From Moniliella sp. 'wahieum' (taxonomy: Eukaryota): 64,000 nucleotides of DNA. The translations under genes were made by a program, and so were the position numbers. Below are positions 12,538 through 24,981 of this stretch, piece by piece. A model generated the notes under the pieces. That model was not told the origin of the DNA. It worked only from the letters and a program-made list of their open reading frames with translations, and did no database searches. The stretch is from NCBI GenBank assembly GCA_003971905.1, contig RSEE01000089.1:124001-188000 (forward strand), given 5' to 3'. Each line of letters opens with the position of its first letter. Position 1 is the stretch's first letter.

Positions 12538-15500
12538 CTAGTAACTCGAGACCAGGATGGTGCTCGTCGCTCTGGTCGCGAACTTAGGACGCGAACCAGA
12601 CACGCACGGCAACTTGGGGATCCATCCACATACGATCATGGATGGCCAATAGGACACGCTTAGGCCAGCGCCCCTACCAGCAGCGAACAGTAGTCGTTCG
12701 CCGCGGTCAACACCGCGTCGACACTGGGCGTAGGCTGGTGCTGCTCGACGGTGGCTGCGCCATCGAGGGCGGAAGCCGCCGCCAAGGACCAACTGGGGTC
12801 CACCTCGCCATCGTCGGGACCTTGCTCCCGTCCGTGCGTGTACCGGAAGAGAGCGCGCGACACAATACCCAACGACGCCATCACTGCCGAGCAAAGGAGA
12901 GGTTAGTTGGCCAATTCAAAGTCAAGTAAGCGAGAGCAAAACGTACTGTCGATTTTCGCCGCGTAGCGCGTCAGGGCACCAGGCGAGTTGTCCTCCTCGG
13001 GGGGAGCAGTACGGTAGGCACCACGTCGCCAGCTCCGAAATCCGCGAACAGGGCTTGGATGACCGAGTGCGCTGTCGTTGCCTCTTGCCGCCGGAAGGAG
13101 TGGAGGAGTGGAGTGAGCGACTGGGTTACTTCGACCCAATCAAGGTAAAGCTTGCCCCCCCAAGCCCAACCCGGACCTTCTCCTCGCCCGCTGCAGCTCC
13201 ACTTCAAGAAGGAACGGGTCAAACAGTTTCTTGAGCAAGTTCCGGTCGCCGCGCACAACGATCTCTGGGGCCAAATCACGCACCGCCACCGCATGAGCTT
13301 GCGCCAGATCGCGGGCCTCGAGAGCGTGCTCGTACACCCGCCAGAGATCGTCCTTGCCACGGGCCATGAAGGCACGTGCGAGTGCAAGCCATGACCGAGG
13401 CACCTTGAGTGTGGACACGATAACTCCTCTTGTTCCGAAGTGAGAAGATGAATCGAACGGGCGAGCAAATTTTTGATCGCTTGCGCCCGGCTCTCGGGCA
13501 ACTCCAAGTACAACAGCACAAATGCTGCCCATTGAAGGTGCCCGCCTCCTCAAGCTGGCTTGCTAGGTCGAGGGTCAAACGATCCGCCTTGGCACTGTTG
13601 TGGTCCATCACCACCAACTGCAGCTCCTCCTCACCCTGCACCACATTCTCCATCGGATCTTCTACCGGCGCCCCCTCGCGATCGGCAAAGTCACGGACAC
13701 CCAAAACGCGCGAGAGGAGGAGGTAGAGTTGCCAGAAAGGCGGTAGGATGCCGAGCTGGTGCTGTGTCCCGTAGGAAGAATGGCATCTTCGAGCAAGTAG
13801 TCCTGTTCGGATACACCTTGAGCAACTGATAGATGGTGTCCTTTGCGTACTTGTTCGATCGAGTGAGCTCCTTGGCTTTGGACGAAGGGAAGCTCGTCTC
13901 ATCCGCCAAGTAAGGCGGCAAAGGCGGGGGAGCAAGCATCGAGGTCACGGCGTCGTCGAACGTGCTTACAGCCTTCTGCAGTGGCTCCTCAGCAAGCGTA
14001 CCATACCAAAGATGGAGGCCAAAGGCACGCTTCCAGTCAAGCGAGTCGGCCAGATGCATCTCGGCCACTTTATCCCCCGAGGCAGCGCCCCCTGCAGCCT
14101 CCGAGGGTAACGTTGCCTGCCAGGAGTTCGTAGAGTTTGCGCATATCCTCACTCAACAGCGAATAAATCCCCTCATCTCTCCACGTGCTGAGCTGGTCCA
14201 ACATGTCTTCCCTTGTCCCCTTATCTCCAGGCAGCTGGGCCAGAAGAGTGGCAAGATGAAAGTCGTTGGCCCCCATGGCGGCTAGTGTGGCCTTCTCCAC
14301 ATCATGACTGGTCAGGTGGGAGAAGATGGCGGCCTCAACCCTTTCCTGGGCTTGGAAGCCACGCGCGTTGGCATCGGCACTAGGAGTGACTGCCGTCTTG
14401 AGCCACTGCGATAGGGCAGCCTTCCGGCGCAGGTCGGTCGCCTGCTGGCGAAGAGCGGGGGGCGCCGTGTCGGGGAGGCCGAGCTCCAAATCATCAAACA
14501 AGGCACTTCCCAAACGCCAAATGTGTGCTTCTTGCCGGTGATCGCCAGTCTCGAAAAGGGAAGCATAGTCGCGAAGCGCAAATCATTTTGCGGCAGAGCG
14601 CGTGGCACCCCATCCTCAGGAACGAATTCGATCGTCGTGTGTTCCAACTGGGCCTCCAACATTTTGAGAGATAGCTCATCCTCAGCGGGAGGCAACGTAA
14701 GGACTTTCACCTGGGACGCCGTCACGATGTCCACATCCTTCTGCGCACCCACCCGAACAAACAGGTTGGGGAACCCGAATCCGGGACGGAAGCTACCCGT
14801 AAAAGCAACGACAGGATCAGTCCACGTTCCCTCGGCACCAGCAGGACAGACTTGTCCATCGACGTTTTATAAACTTGATCCGTGGCTGGGTCGTCAACGT
14901 CGACTTGGCCCCAAAGTTGGCGCGGGCGGTCGAAGGGACCAAGGCGGGAGGGAGACTCCCCTCCCGAACGCTACTCTCACGTACAGAATGACTGCGCACA
15001 GATCCAACAGCTGGAGCAGGACTGATGCCACGGGGGCCAAAGGTGCAGCCACGGGGCGGACGAGGTCGTGGGAGGACCATTGCGGAAGACACTCGATTGG
15101 AACAACAATGTTGGCTCTTCAGCCGGTGTAGCCGACACTTGCCGTCCAACCCGCGGCGGGGGACGCTGCTCGTCCAAATCGCCAAGAAGCTGGCTTGCAT
15201 GACCTGCATTCGGCGAGGCTCGACATGCATCGCTTCAGCGAAGGAGACAGGTCCTGAAGTAGAAGGCGGAATGATAGCGTCCTCCTCTTCCTCTTCTTCT
15301 AGCTCTTCATCGTCCATCACATCGTCCTCGCTCTCGGCGGTAGCGGCGCTCGTAAGAGCCTGTGACCGAGCGCCGGCAGCCACAGGCTTAGAAAAAGAGT
15401 GAGACGGGGCCGTGTTGTTACGCCGCAGCTTCCTCCTCTGCATCATCGTCCGAATCGTCATCAAGGGCATAGCGGAGAAGTGCTCCACCTGGAACGACCA

Positions 15501-18500
15501 TGTGCCCGTTTCCGGCTCAAAGCTGACAAACTTTTCGCTGCGAGACTGGAGGCGAACAAGATGCTGCTTGTAACGGGGGTGGTTCGGGTCCTTGATCGAG
15601 CCTTGGTCGACTTGTCCGTAGCCCAGCAGCGCTCTAGCGAGACGGTGGCTGGCTCGTTGAGACCTGATCCTGGCGGCTGCGAAGGCCGGGCAAATAGCCC
15701 GGAAGCAGCCCATCATTCGACATCAAATCATCGTCATCCGGATAGACGATTACCTCTTTCAGTCGAATCAGGACAATCCCTCCGGCAATCTCGTTAAGGT
15801 CGTTGACAGTTGTCAGGTCAACAGGCTTGTCGAAGTGCACTTCACCAAACCCGGTACGGCCGACGACAAAGTTGGACACTGAGGTCAACTCGGCATGCGC
15901 CCATGTCCGCAGCTCCGAGACGGGAGGCCGCATGTAATAACCCAGGGGCAATTCTGACTCGAGCGCGCTCGTGTCGGCGGGGGCAGGGGGAGGTGGCATC
16001 GGAGCTGTAGCGGCCGAGAGGCGCGGCAGGGCCGAAGCGGCACGAAGGTTCGGCTCGAAGCGGCGACGCAGAGGCGTGTCGTCCAGGCTGGCATTCGAAT
16101 TAAACGTGTCGTCGCCAAGCGCCGGTGGCGCGCGATGGCGGACGGACGTTTCGAGCGCAGGGCTAAACAGCCTGGCTGCCGAACCTCCTAGCGGACGGTT
16201 GCTTGAGCGGTCCTCTGCCTGAGCAGTGGCGGCGCGGGTACTGCGCAAAGCGCCGATACGGGAGAAGCTCGAGTTGCTGACATCGACCGAGTCGTCCAAA
16301 ACAAGACGCTTGACACTGGGCTTGGGGACAAATGCCTGTGGGGACAACGCTTGCTCATCGCTCAAGCCACGGAAAAGGCTCGGCCGGCGCTGCTCAGACG
16401 GGAGAAGCTCGTGTTCCATCGCCCAAAGGCGTGCCTTCCCGACCGCGTGACATGGACAGACCGGGAGTGCTACCCCGCAGGCGCGTGATACTCGTCTGGT
16501 TACGGGGAGACGAGAAGACGCTGGGAACAAGGGGGCTTCTTGGCCGACTTGGGCGCCACATTGAATGGAATGACAGGCTGCTTGTTGTTCAGGTCGGCAA
16601 CCGAGAGAGAGGAGCCAAAGAGAGCATCGTACCGTACGGGTTGGACATCAAGCTGGGAGGAGCCTGGGTCTGAGGACTGCTGCAACTGGCTAAAGGCCGG
16701 GCCCTGCGAAGTGCCCAAGGTTGATTGTTGGCCAAACAGACCTCCACCAGTCCCTGTGTTGGCGGCACCACCACCCATAGTCGAGGTGCCTAGTCCACCC
16801 GTCTGGCCAAAGCCCGTAGTGCCTCCGGGTTTGCTTCCAAACAGGCCAGTACCGAGACCGGTTGTTGTTGGTTGTTCTGACCAAAGAGTCCTCCGGTGGC
16901 AATGCCAGTGTTGGCCTGGGTCTGGTTCGTGTTACCGAAGAGGCCGCCACCCGTGGTCCAAAGCCTGGCTTTGCCGCGTTGGCATTGGTGTTACCGAACA
17001 GTCCACCTCCCGTGTTGGTGAGGTAGTAGTATTGCCAAACAGACCACCACCCGTGGCGGGCTTGGCCTGTTGGCCAAAGAGGCCACCACCTGCAGGCTCA
17101 GGGGGCTTGGCACCAAATAGACCTCCCGTCTGGCCAGCAGGCTGAGCTTGGTTGGCAGTATTGGTGTTGCCGAACAAACCCCACCTGTTGGCTGTATTGT
17201 TTGACCGAAGAGACCTCCGCCCGTCGCGCCCGCTTGACCTTGGTTGGCACCAAACGTATTGCCGGTATTGCCAAAGAGGCCGCCTCCAGTCGGGTTCGTC
17301 TGATTGTTGGTGTTGCCAAACAACCCGTGCCAGTTTGGCCTGTAGCACCAGAGGTGCCCCCAAACCCAAAAGCTGGTTATTGGCTTGGTATTGTTGGTGG
17401 CTCCAAAGCCGCCGAAGCCAGTGGTGCCCGTCGTCCCCGTGTTGGCGGCAGGAGTGTTCCCAAAGAGCCCCGTTCCAGCGGGCTTATTTGTCCAACAGGC
17501 CGCCGCCAGTGTTGCCTGCGCCAAAGGTTGTTTTGCTGTTGTTGAGGTTGCTGACCGAAGCCAAAGCCAGTAGACGGTTGTTGTTGCTGTTGTTGCTGCA
17601 TATTTTGCTGGCCAAAAGTGCCACCGCCACCAAACAGTCCACCACCCGTGTTGGTGCCGGTGGCAGTGTTGCCGGTTTGACCAAAACCACCAAAGCCTGT
17701 GCCGGTGCTGGTTCCCGTGTTAGCCGCACCCGTGTTGCCAAAGCCAAACCCGGTCGTGGTGGTTTCGTCGCGCACCAAACAACCCACCGCCTGTGCAGCT
17801 TTCGTACTGGTCTGACCAAAGAGGCCGGTCCCGGTGGCGGGCTTGGCTGCTGGCCAAAGAGGCCAGTACCCGTATGCCAGCCGTATTGCCGCACCGCCAA
17901 ATACGCCCCCGCCGGTATTGGCAGTTGTGCCGGTGTTGCCAAACAGGTTGGTCCAGTGTTGGCCGGATTGCTCTGGCCAAATAGCCCCCCGTTGCTGGTT
18001 GGTTGGCTTGGCCCATAGTGTTTTGAGCGCCGCCAAAACCACCAAAGCCCGTGGTCGAGGCAGTGCCGGCTGCGCCGGGTGCTCCGGGGCCCGTCTGGCC
18101 CGTCTTGCGGCCCTGTAAATAGTCTTGAACTCGCAGTTCCTCAAGACTGGCTTTTTGGTAAGCGGGCATGCAGGTGATGCTCGTGTAGACCAGGTTGGAA
18201 GGATTGCCGTGGGCGTCTTTCTCTTGGATCTTTGTCGGTTCGTAGGGGGGCGCGAGGGTGCCTGTCGAAGGCACGGGCTGGCTGGAGGTCGTGCTCATCG
18301 CCCCAAACCCGGACGGAGTAGCGGCCGTGTTGCCAAACAGGCCCGTTCCAGCTGGCTTGGCTCCGAATGCATTGCCGCCTCCAAAAGTGCTTGTCTGAGG
18401 TTGCGCTGCGCCTGGACATACAAAGAGTCAGTGTGAGTCATACACAAGCCGAAAGCGGGCGACGTACCAAAGCCTCCGAGACGCACCGGTTGCAGGGGCA

Positions 18501-18906
18501 GCCGTGCTGAACCAAATCCGCCAAAGCCGGTGGTTACAGGCTTAGCAGCGGAGCCAAAGAGCCCAGTACCGGTTGTGCCGGCGGCCGGCTGCTGGGCCGC
18601 CTGGCCAAAGCCAAAACCAGTGCCAGTGGGGGCTGGGTTCGCTGCGCCAAAGATGCCGCCGCCAGCGGGGGGTTGGCAGCGGCGCCAAAGCCGCCAGTGG
18701 CGGGCTGGGCGGGCTGTCCAAAGCCTGGGGAAGGGTCAGCGGCGCACGCGCGGAGGGGGGATGGGCGTACCACCAAAGCCGGTCTGTGCGGGCTGCTGCT
18801 GCTGGGCGGGTTGGCCGAAGACGCCGGTGGCGGGCTGCTGCTGCTGCTGCTGGGTGTTGTTGGGGTTGGCGGCGCCAAAGCCGCCGAAGCCTCCGCCGCC
18901 AAACAT
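12538..18906 (-). CDS. NUP98: Nucleoporin Nup98-Nup96 precursor (Nup145/Nup189): GLFG repeats, GLEBS motif, autoprotease domain, Nup96 domain
   Basis: MFGGGGFGGFG start; many GGLFG repeats; GLEBS SITCMPAYQKASLEELRVQDY; GYYMRP..VSNFVVGRTGFGEVHFDKPVDLT; FVSFEPETGTWSFQVEHFS cleavage motif; Nup96 LDWKRAFGLHLWYG. Confidence 0.97.
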
Positions 18907-19463
18907 GATGGACGTGGAGGGGAGTGTGGGGGAAGGGGTCCAGGCGCAGGCAGGCGGGCGGGGGGGGGCGTGCGCTGGGAGAGGCGGTGGTGGGCGAGAG
19001 AGCTCGGGAGCAGCGGCGCGCCGGGAGGGTGGCTGCCGCACGACTGCTTCCTGCCGCCCGGCCTGTTCCGCACAGCAGCGCCGCACGGGGGCACTGCCGC
19101 CCAACCCTACTGCTGCGTTGCGATTTTTCTACGCACTGCATTCTGTCGCCAGCGCCTGCCCGCCCCCTGAGCCATCACCGGCACATCACACCCAGCCTGC
19201 GAGGGGGTCCATGTGCTGGCCACATGTCACATGTGATGTTGGGACAGGATGCATGGCGTCATGCACATGTCCATGTCACATGTCATGTATGATGGTCCTG
19301 CCACAGGCTGCTGCTGCTCGGGCCGTTGCCACTGGGCACACCCCCCCCCCCCCAGCGCTCACTTGATATATGCCCACGACGCCCCTATCTCGCCCTCCAC
19401 CGCCAGCCCCACCGCTACTTGCACGTCCTTCCCACTCGCTTCCGTCCCACCACCGCATCCCAC

Positions 19464-20382
19464 ATGCCGCCCCCGCGCAAGACGCAGCCTGCCATCCAGC
19501 AGATGCTGTTCCCAGCCGCTCGCCCCACGCACAAGGCCCGATCTGCCCCTCGCGCCCAACAGCACCACGGCAAGAGCAAGAGCAAGAGCACGACACGAAC
19601 AAAAGCAAGGCTCATGCCCTTGCACCCTCCCCGCCCGCCTCTTCCCTTCCCAGCGAGGTAGACTCTCCGCTCCGCCGCAGGTGGAGGCCATCAGCAGCGA
19701 TGCCGACGAGGACGAGGAGGAGTACCCAGATGAGGAACCAGAACCGAGCAGTGGTGGAACGCCTGCCTCTCCTGCCTCTCCTTCCTCTCCTTCCTCGTCT
19801 GTCTGTCTTGCTAGCTAAATCGCAGCCCAGCCAGCCTGGACGTATTCCCAATGCACACTCGCCGAAGCGCATGGCAGCATGGAAACCGTCAGTCGCCCAA
19901 TTGCACGATACGGCCAAATTGCCCGAACTGCATGTGGACGATCCGGCATTCGATGCGTACTGGAACGTAGCCAAGGCCAAGCTACGCTACACGCAAGTCA
20001 AACCTGGTATGTCCCCTACTTTTTGGCCACCTCGCATGCGTTTTCACTGACCCGGATCCTAGTTCATGTCGAAGGGGAGAATCGCGTGCAGATTATGCTG
20101 CGAGTGTTTGACCTGGATCCTCAGTGAGCACCAACCCGCCTCATTATCTCTCTATGTATATTACTGGCTTGAAGCACTGACTCTTTCTCTAGGTACGGGC
20201 CATCAAAAGGCATGACTAGGCTGGCGCGGTGGAGGCGGGCTCAAGCGCTGGGGCTCGATCCGCCCGATGGGGTACGTGCGATGCTGGAGACAAAGCAAGG
20301 CCAGTTGGAGCTGAACCGATCCGTTCTCGAGATATATCTTCTAAGATTATTCTATGAATCCGCGAATCAATCAATGTTGTAA
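19464..20382 (+). CDS. POLD4: DNA polymerase delta subunit 4 (p12/Cdm1), 2 introns
   Basis: After splicing (gtgagc..ctctag, ~20124-20192) it reads MLRVFDLDPQ|YGPSKGMTRLARWRRAQALGLDPP, the hallmark p12 motif. N-terminus MPPPRKTQPAIQQMLF. The 3' end is approximate. Confidence 0.85.
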
Positions 20383-20445
20383 CTGGGCATACATATATGT
20401 GAAGGGATACAGAGGTACTTTGCAACGAATACAGCCAAGCGTCAT

Positions 20446-23107
20446 TCATGATTGGTTCAGCATTTTGGTCCAATCGAACGGTGCCCACACCCCAGCAAAC
20501 GTATCCTGTCGTGCCTTGTGTGCCTTGTAGTCCAACTTGCGAGGGCGGCGCCAAAGCCGGGGCTCGCGATCCAACAAAGTACCCAGCAACTGCGCTGCAA
20601 AGTTGCCCGGGAAGGCGGCGCGTTCCAGGCCCATAACCCCATCTTTTTGCTCTTCGTCATTGTTCTCACTCGCGATCCACGTCGGGGGCCTCGATCACGT
20701 GGCCCATACCGCTCGTGCCACGGTAGTCAATAGAACAGCAAAGTAGGGCAAGTTGGGCACTAGGCTGCGGCGCATGGGTCGGTCCGGTGTGAAGGGATGA
20801 TCTTGCGGTGCTGACTCCATTCATCACCCGTTTGAGCAAGCTCTTCGCGAAAGTAGGCAGGAAGGTCGTCGGCCAAGTCTTGTGGCACCCCCACACACTC
20901 GAGGTAGGTATGCTTGTGCCAGCGGAGATTAAGCACCGTCTCATAAAACACCATCTTTTCCTTACGTGTGTGGGCGAGTTGTATGAGACACTTCATAAAG
21001 TTCTGCAAACCATGTTAGTTGGGAGCACGGCGCGCCTGGCAAACAAAGGAATAACGTACCTTGATCTCGTCCCATGAATCGTCGTCAAGCTCGAGCAGGC
21101 TCAAGGTATGATCGATGGGCACAACGAGGGCATGGATCGGGGCCAAGCTCTCCCGGAGAGGTAGAGTGAGGTATGTGCGGGTCCCCGAGCTAATAGGATC
21201 CGTCTCCTCCTTTTTATGGGACGAAGACGAGTCGGCTTGGTCCAGACAATAAGGGCACTCGTCCAACGCTTTCTTCACCCGGGCAAAGTCTTGGATGGCA
21301 AAGTTGCGCTTGAATAGTGCACTCTTTTCCCTCCGCACGGCCAGTCGATCGACATTGTCATCCATATAGTCCGCATCCGCGTGGAAGGCAGCGTCACGGG
21401 AGATGCTCTGAGCAAGCATGGCATCGGCACCTTGATCGGGCCCACCCTGGAACCGTTCGGCACGAAGCAGGTCGGCAAGAGTCTCACTTCCCTCCTGGGC
21501 GTTGTAAGCCACAATCTCGCCCGTCTTGGGATCACGCACTGGCAGTAACTGTAGATAAACCAGGTCAGCACATTGAAAAAAGTAGAGTGAAAGGTACTCA
21601 CATCCTTGGCCTTTTTGCGCCGGTTCCCTGGGAGCACCTGCTCCTCCCTTGCGATGTTGGCGTGCCAACGTCATACAAGCGCCCTTGCCCATCAAGAGTA
21701 GGAAGTACCCTCAACTCGACCTGCTCGTTCGGATGTTCTTCATCCTCATGCTGGTGCCCCTCTTGATGAAGAGAAAGCCGCTCATCACCCCTGTCCCCGC
21801 CTTCTTGGGCCCCAGGTTCGGACCCGGCACACGCTGCTTCATATTGCTCCCGCAACTGTGCGGCATTGGGTTGGTTCATCATTTCGGCCTTCATCACTTT
21901 AGCACGCAACTTGTTGAGTTCCGTTGGGGAAAGACGGGACATTTTTTGTCCTTGAGGCAAGGAAGTACCCGCTCGTGTGGGAGCCACCGGTGCAAATACA
22001 GATGGGATCGGGGTGGACGCTTGTGGGCGGGAAGTCAGGCGTTCTTGACTCGATCCCCGGCTGGGAGCGTTGTCCACCCCAGCACTACTGGGGGCTGGAC
22101 TCTGGGTGTGGAGTACGCGATCGTAGAAGACTCGAAGAGCCCGGCTTACGAAGAGGCCAGGGCGTTGGAAGCCAACGGGTGGGGTGCCCGTACGAGGAAG
22201 AGACATCATGAACCATGATCCCCGTGGTAGGGGCGTTGCTGCGCGGCAGATCGCGACTGTTGCCCGGGGGCTGAACAGTCTTGTCTCCATCCAGCCAGCG
22301 TTTCTCAGCCCTACCCATTCGAAGGCGGCCAGGCCATTGTACTGTTCCAGGGCAACCTCCTCTACAGGCCGTCCTTCCTCCTTAGCCCGCTCAAGCACCC
22401 GACGAAGTTTAACCATGCGCCACTTGTACCCTGGTCCCCCAAATTGAGCCTCCTCCTCCTTAGGAGCGGACGCGGAGTACTCTTCGAGTGACTTTCCCTC
22501 CTTAAACTGAAGGTTGATTTCCCTCTCGGACACGTGAAGCTTTCCTGCAGCCGAATCTGCAGCTGCCTTGGCCTTCTCCTGCAGCCGCACAGGCTTTTCC
22601 TTTGCTTTGCCCAAGGACGAGAAAAAATCCATCTCGTCCCCAGCGCCATCGTTTCCCGATCGTTCGTGGGGGAAGCATCCAGTCGTCCCGCTTCAGGCCT
22701 GTTGTTGTACTGTCTTCCGTAGTACGGATGCTGGCAGCAGCTGCATTCTGATTGGGTCGATCTGGATTAGCCTACAGCAGCGAGGAAGGACAGTTAAACG
22801 CACGGGTTCCTCAGACGTGGGCTGTTCATCCTGGCGCCTCCTCTTGCTGGAGGAGGACTGGTGGGGATCTGGAGACCGATGGCGACGGGACGGTCGACTG
22901 CGGCTGCTGTGCCCATGCCCATGCTCGCGCTCGTCGTGGGGACGGCGACTGGAGCTGTGGCGATGGCTGGAGCTGGAGCTGTGGCGGTGGCTGTGGGAGT
23001 GGGAGTCGCTGGATCCGGTGGTGTGGTGGCGGTCATGGCGGTGGCGGTGCGATCGCGTGGAGCCGTGGTCGCGGGAGCGCTTTCGCGCGCTCGTCGTCGT
23101 CACTCAT
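20446..23107 (-). CDS. CWF19: Pre-mRNA splicing factor Cwf19 / CWF19L2 (CwfJ C-terminal domains)
   Basis: R/H/S-rich N-terminus; FGGPGYKWRMVKLRR; LDECPYC; ISSGTRTYLTLP; HALVVPIDH; LDDDSWDEI; FYETV..HKHTYLECVGVP; WSQHRKII; GMGHVIE; WAPFDWTKML*. Confidence 0.93.
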
Positions 23108-23574
23108 GATGGTGGCGGGGCGGGGGGCAGGACCCGGCAGCGCCTGGAGCGCAGGGGCGGAATGGGCGGCTGGGGGCGGGGAACAGGCGGGGCGCGGGGG
23201 AGAGCGGGCGAGGATGGAGAATGTGTCAGCGGTCATTGGCAGTGCGCGTCATGCATCGTGCATGCTGCGTTGACGTGGCGAAGACAACACCTGCGCTTTG
23301 GGATCGTCACGCGCCAGCGTCATGCATCATGCGTCTGCCTCCGACATTCGACGGGAGAACGCGGCGTAGGACGCCGCACGGGGGCAGTGGAGGCGAGGGG
23401 TGGCCAGGTGCAGCGCAGCAACAGACGAGCGCAGCGCCAGAGGCCGTATTTTTTTCTCGCCTGCGCCCGCCCGACTTGGGGCGACCGCAGGGCAGCACGC
23501 CCAACGGAGGCGCGGGGACGCGGCACCTCTTCCTCCTGGCCACCATCCCCCCCCCCCCCCCCCCACACACCGCC

Positions 23575-24981
23575 ATGGCTGCTCCCGACGCTGCTGCTGC
23601 CAAGGACAAGGGTCCTGCCAACATCAACCGCGATGGCTTTAAGGTTGCCGACATGGAGTACTACGATCTCCTGGGCGTCCGCGCCAACGCAACCGACCTC
23701 GAGCTGAAGAAGGCTTATCGCAAGGCAGCCATCAAGAACCACCCTGACAAGGGGGTGATGAAGAGACGTTCAAGGTAATTGGAGAAGCATACCGTGTCCT
23801 GTCCGACAACAACCTGCGTGCCGACTACGACAAGTACGGCAAGAAGAAGCCGACAGACGAGGTGGGCATCCACGAGGCCACCGAGATGGTACGTAGATCT
23901 TCTTGGGCTGCACATGATTTTGCGGCGCACTGACACTAGGACTAGTTTGGCAACTTGTTTGGAGGTGAGGCGTTTGTCGACTACATTGGCGAGTTGTCCA
24001 TGTTTAAGAACATGACCAAGTCGGCCGAGATCATGATGACCGAGAGGAGCGCGAGGGGCCGCCGCCGCCCTCCGCGGGGATGCAGACAAGGAAAAGGAAA
24101 AGGAGAAGGAAAGGTTGCTGGCTCTGAGGCTCCCTCCGATTCAACAAATGTGTCTGAGTCTGACCCTGATAAGAAGGAGAAGGAGAGGAGAGGAAAAAAG
24201 GAAAAGGCGCGCAAGGGCCTTACCCCTGAGCAGAAAGCCAAGCTCGAGGAGCTGGACAAGGAACGCGAAGCCGATCAGGAAAACGGATTGCAGACTTGAC
24301 CGAGAAGCTGAAGGGGCGGATCCGTCTTTTCGTTGAGGCCAAGCATCCGGGTGACAAGGATGACCCCGAGACTCAATTGTTTGAGAAGAAGATGCGCGAG
24401 GAGGCTGAGGATCTCAAGCTGGAGTCGTTCGTGTTGAGCTGCTCCATGCGATTGGTAGTGTCTACCTGACCAAGAGCAGCATTTGGATCAAGACACAAGA
24501 ACAACTTTTTGGGTGTTGTCGGCTTTTCAGTAAGCTCAAGGAGAAGGGCTCTGTGGCGAAGGAGACTTGGGGCCTGCTCGGTTCGGCTGTAAGTGCTCAG
24601 ATGAGCATGGAGGACATGGCGCAGGCGCGGAGAGCAAGAGAAGGGTGACATTCCCGAAGACGAGATGCGTCAGCTGGAAGAGAGATGAACGGAAAGATGC
24701 TCCTGGCGACGTGGAAGACGACCAAGTGGGAGATTAGCGGGGTGCTCCGGAAGGTCCTGGATCGCGTTCTGAACGAAGAGAAAGTGGCAAGAAGACGCTC
24801 TGAAACCGGGCCAAGGCGATTGCGTTCATTGGGGCCATTTACAAGCAAGTCCAACCGGAACCCTAACGACGAGCAACGCGAGCTCGAGCGTCTCATGGCC
24901 AATGCCCAGAGTAAGAAGCACAAGAAGAAGTCACACTCGGTGCACCAAGTGAACCCCTCTCAGCCTGCTGCCTCCGAGTAA
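23575..24981 (+). CDS. DnaJ co-chaperone with DnaJ-X domain (Djp1/Caj1-like)
   Basis: J domain [74 protein letters not shown]. Intron at ~23889-23939. Confidence 0.93.

Noticed and set aside
22568..23707. 379-aa plus-strand ORF with an LELWRW-type repeat
   Set aside because: Antisense to the His/Ser/Arg-rich CWF19 N-terminus and spans the promoter
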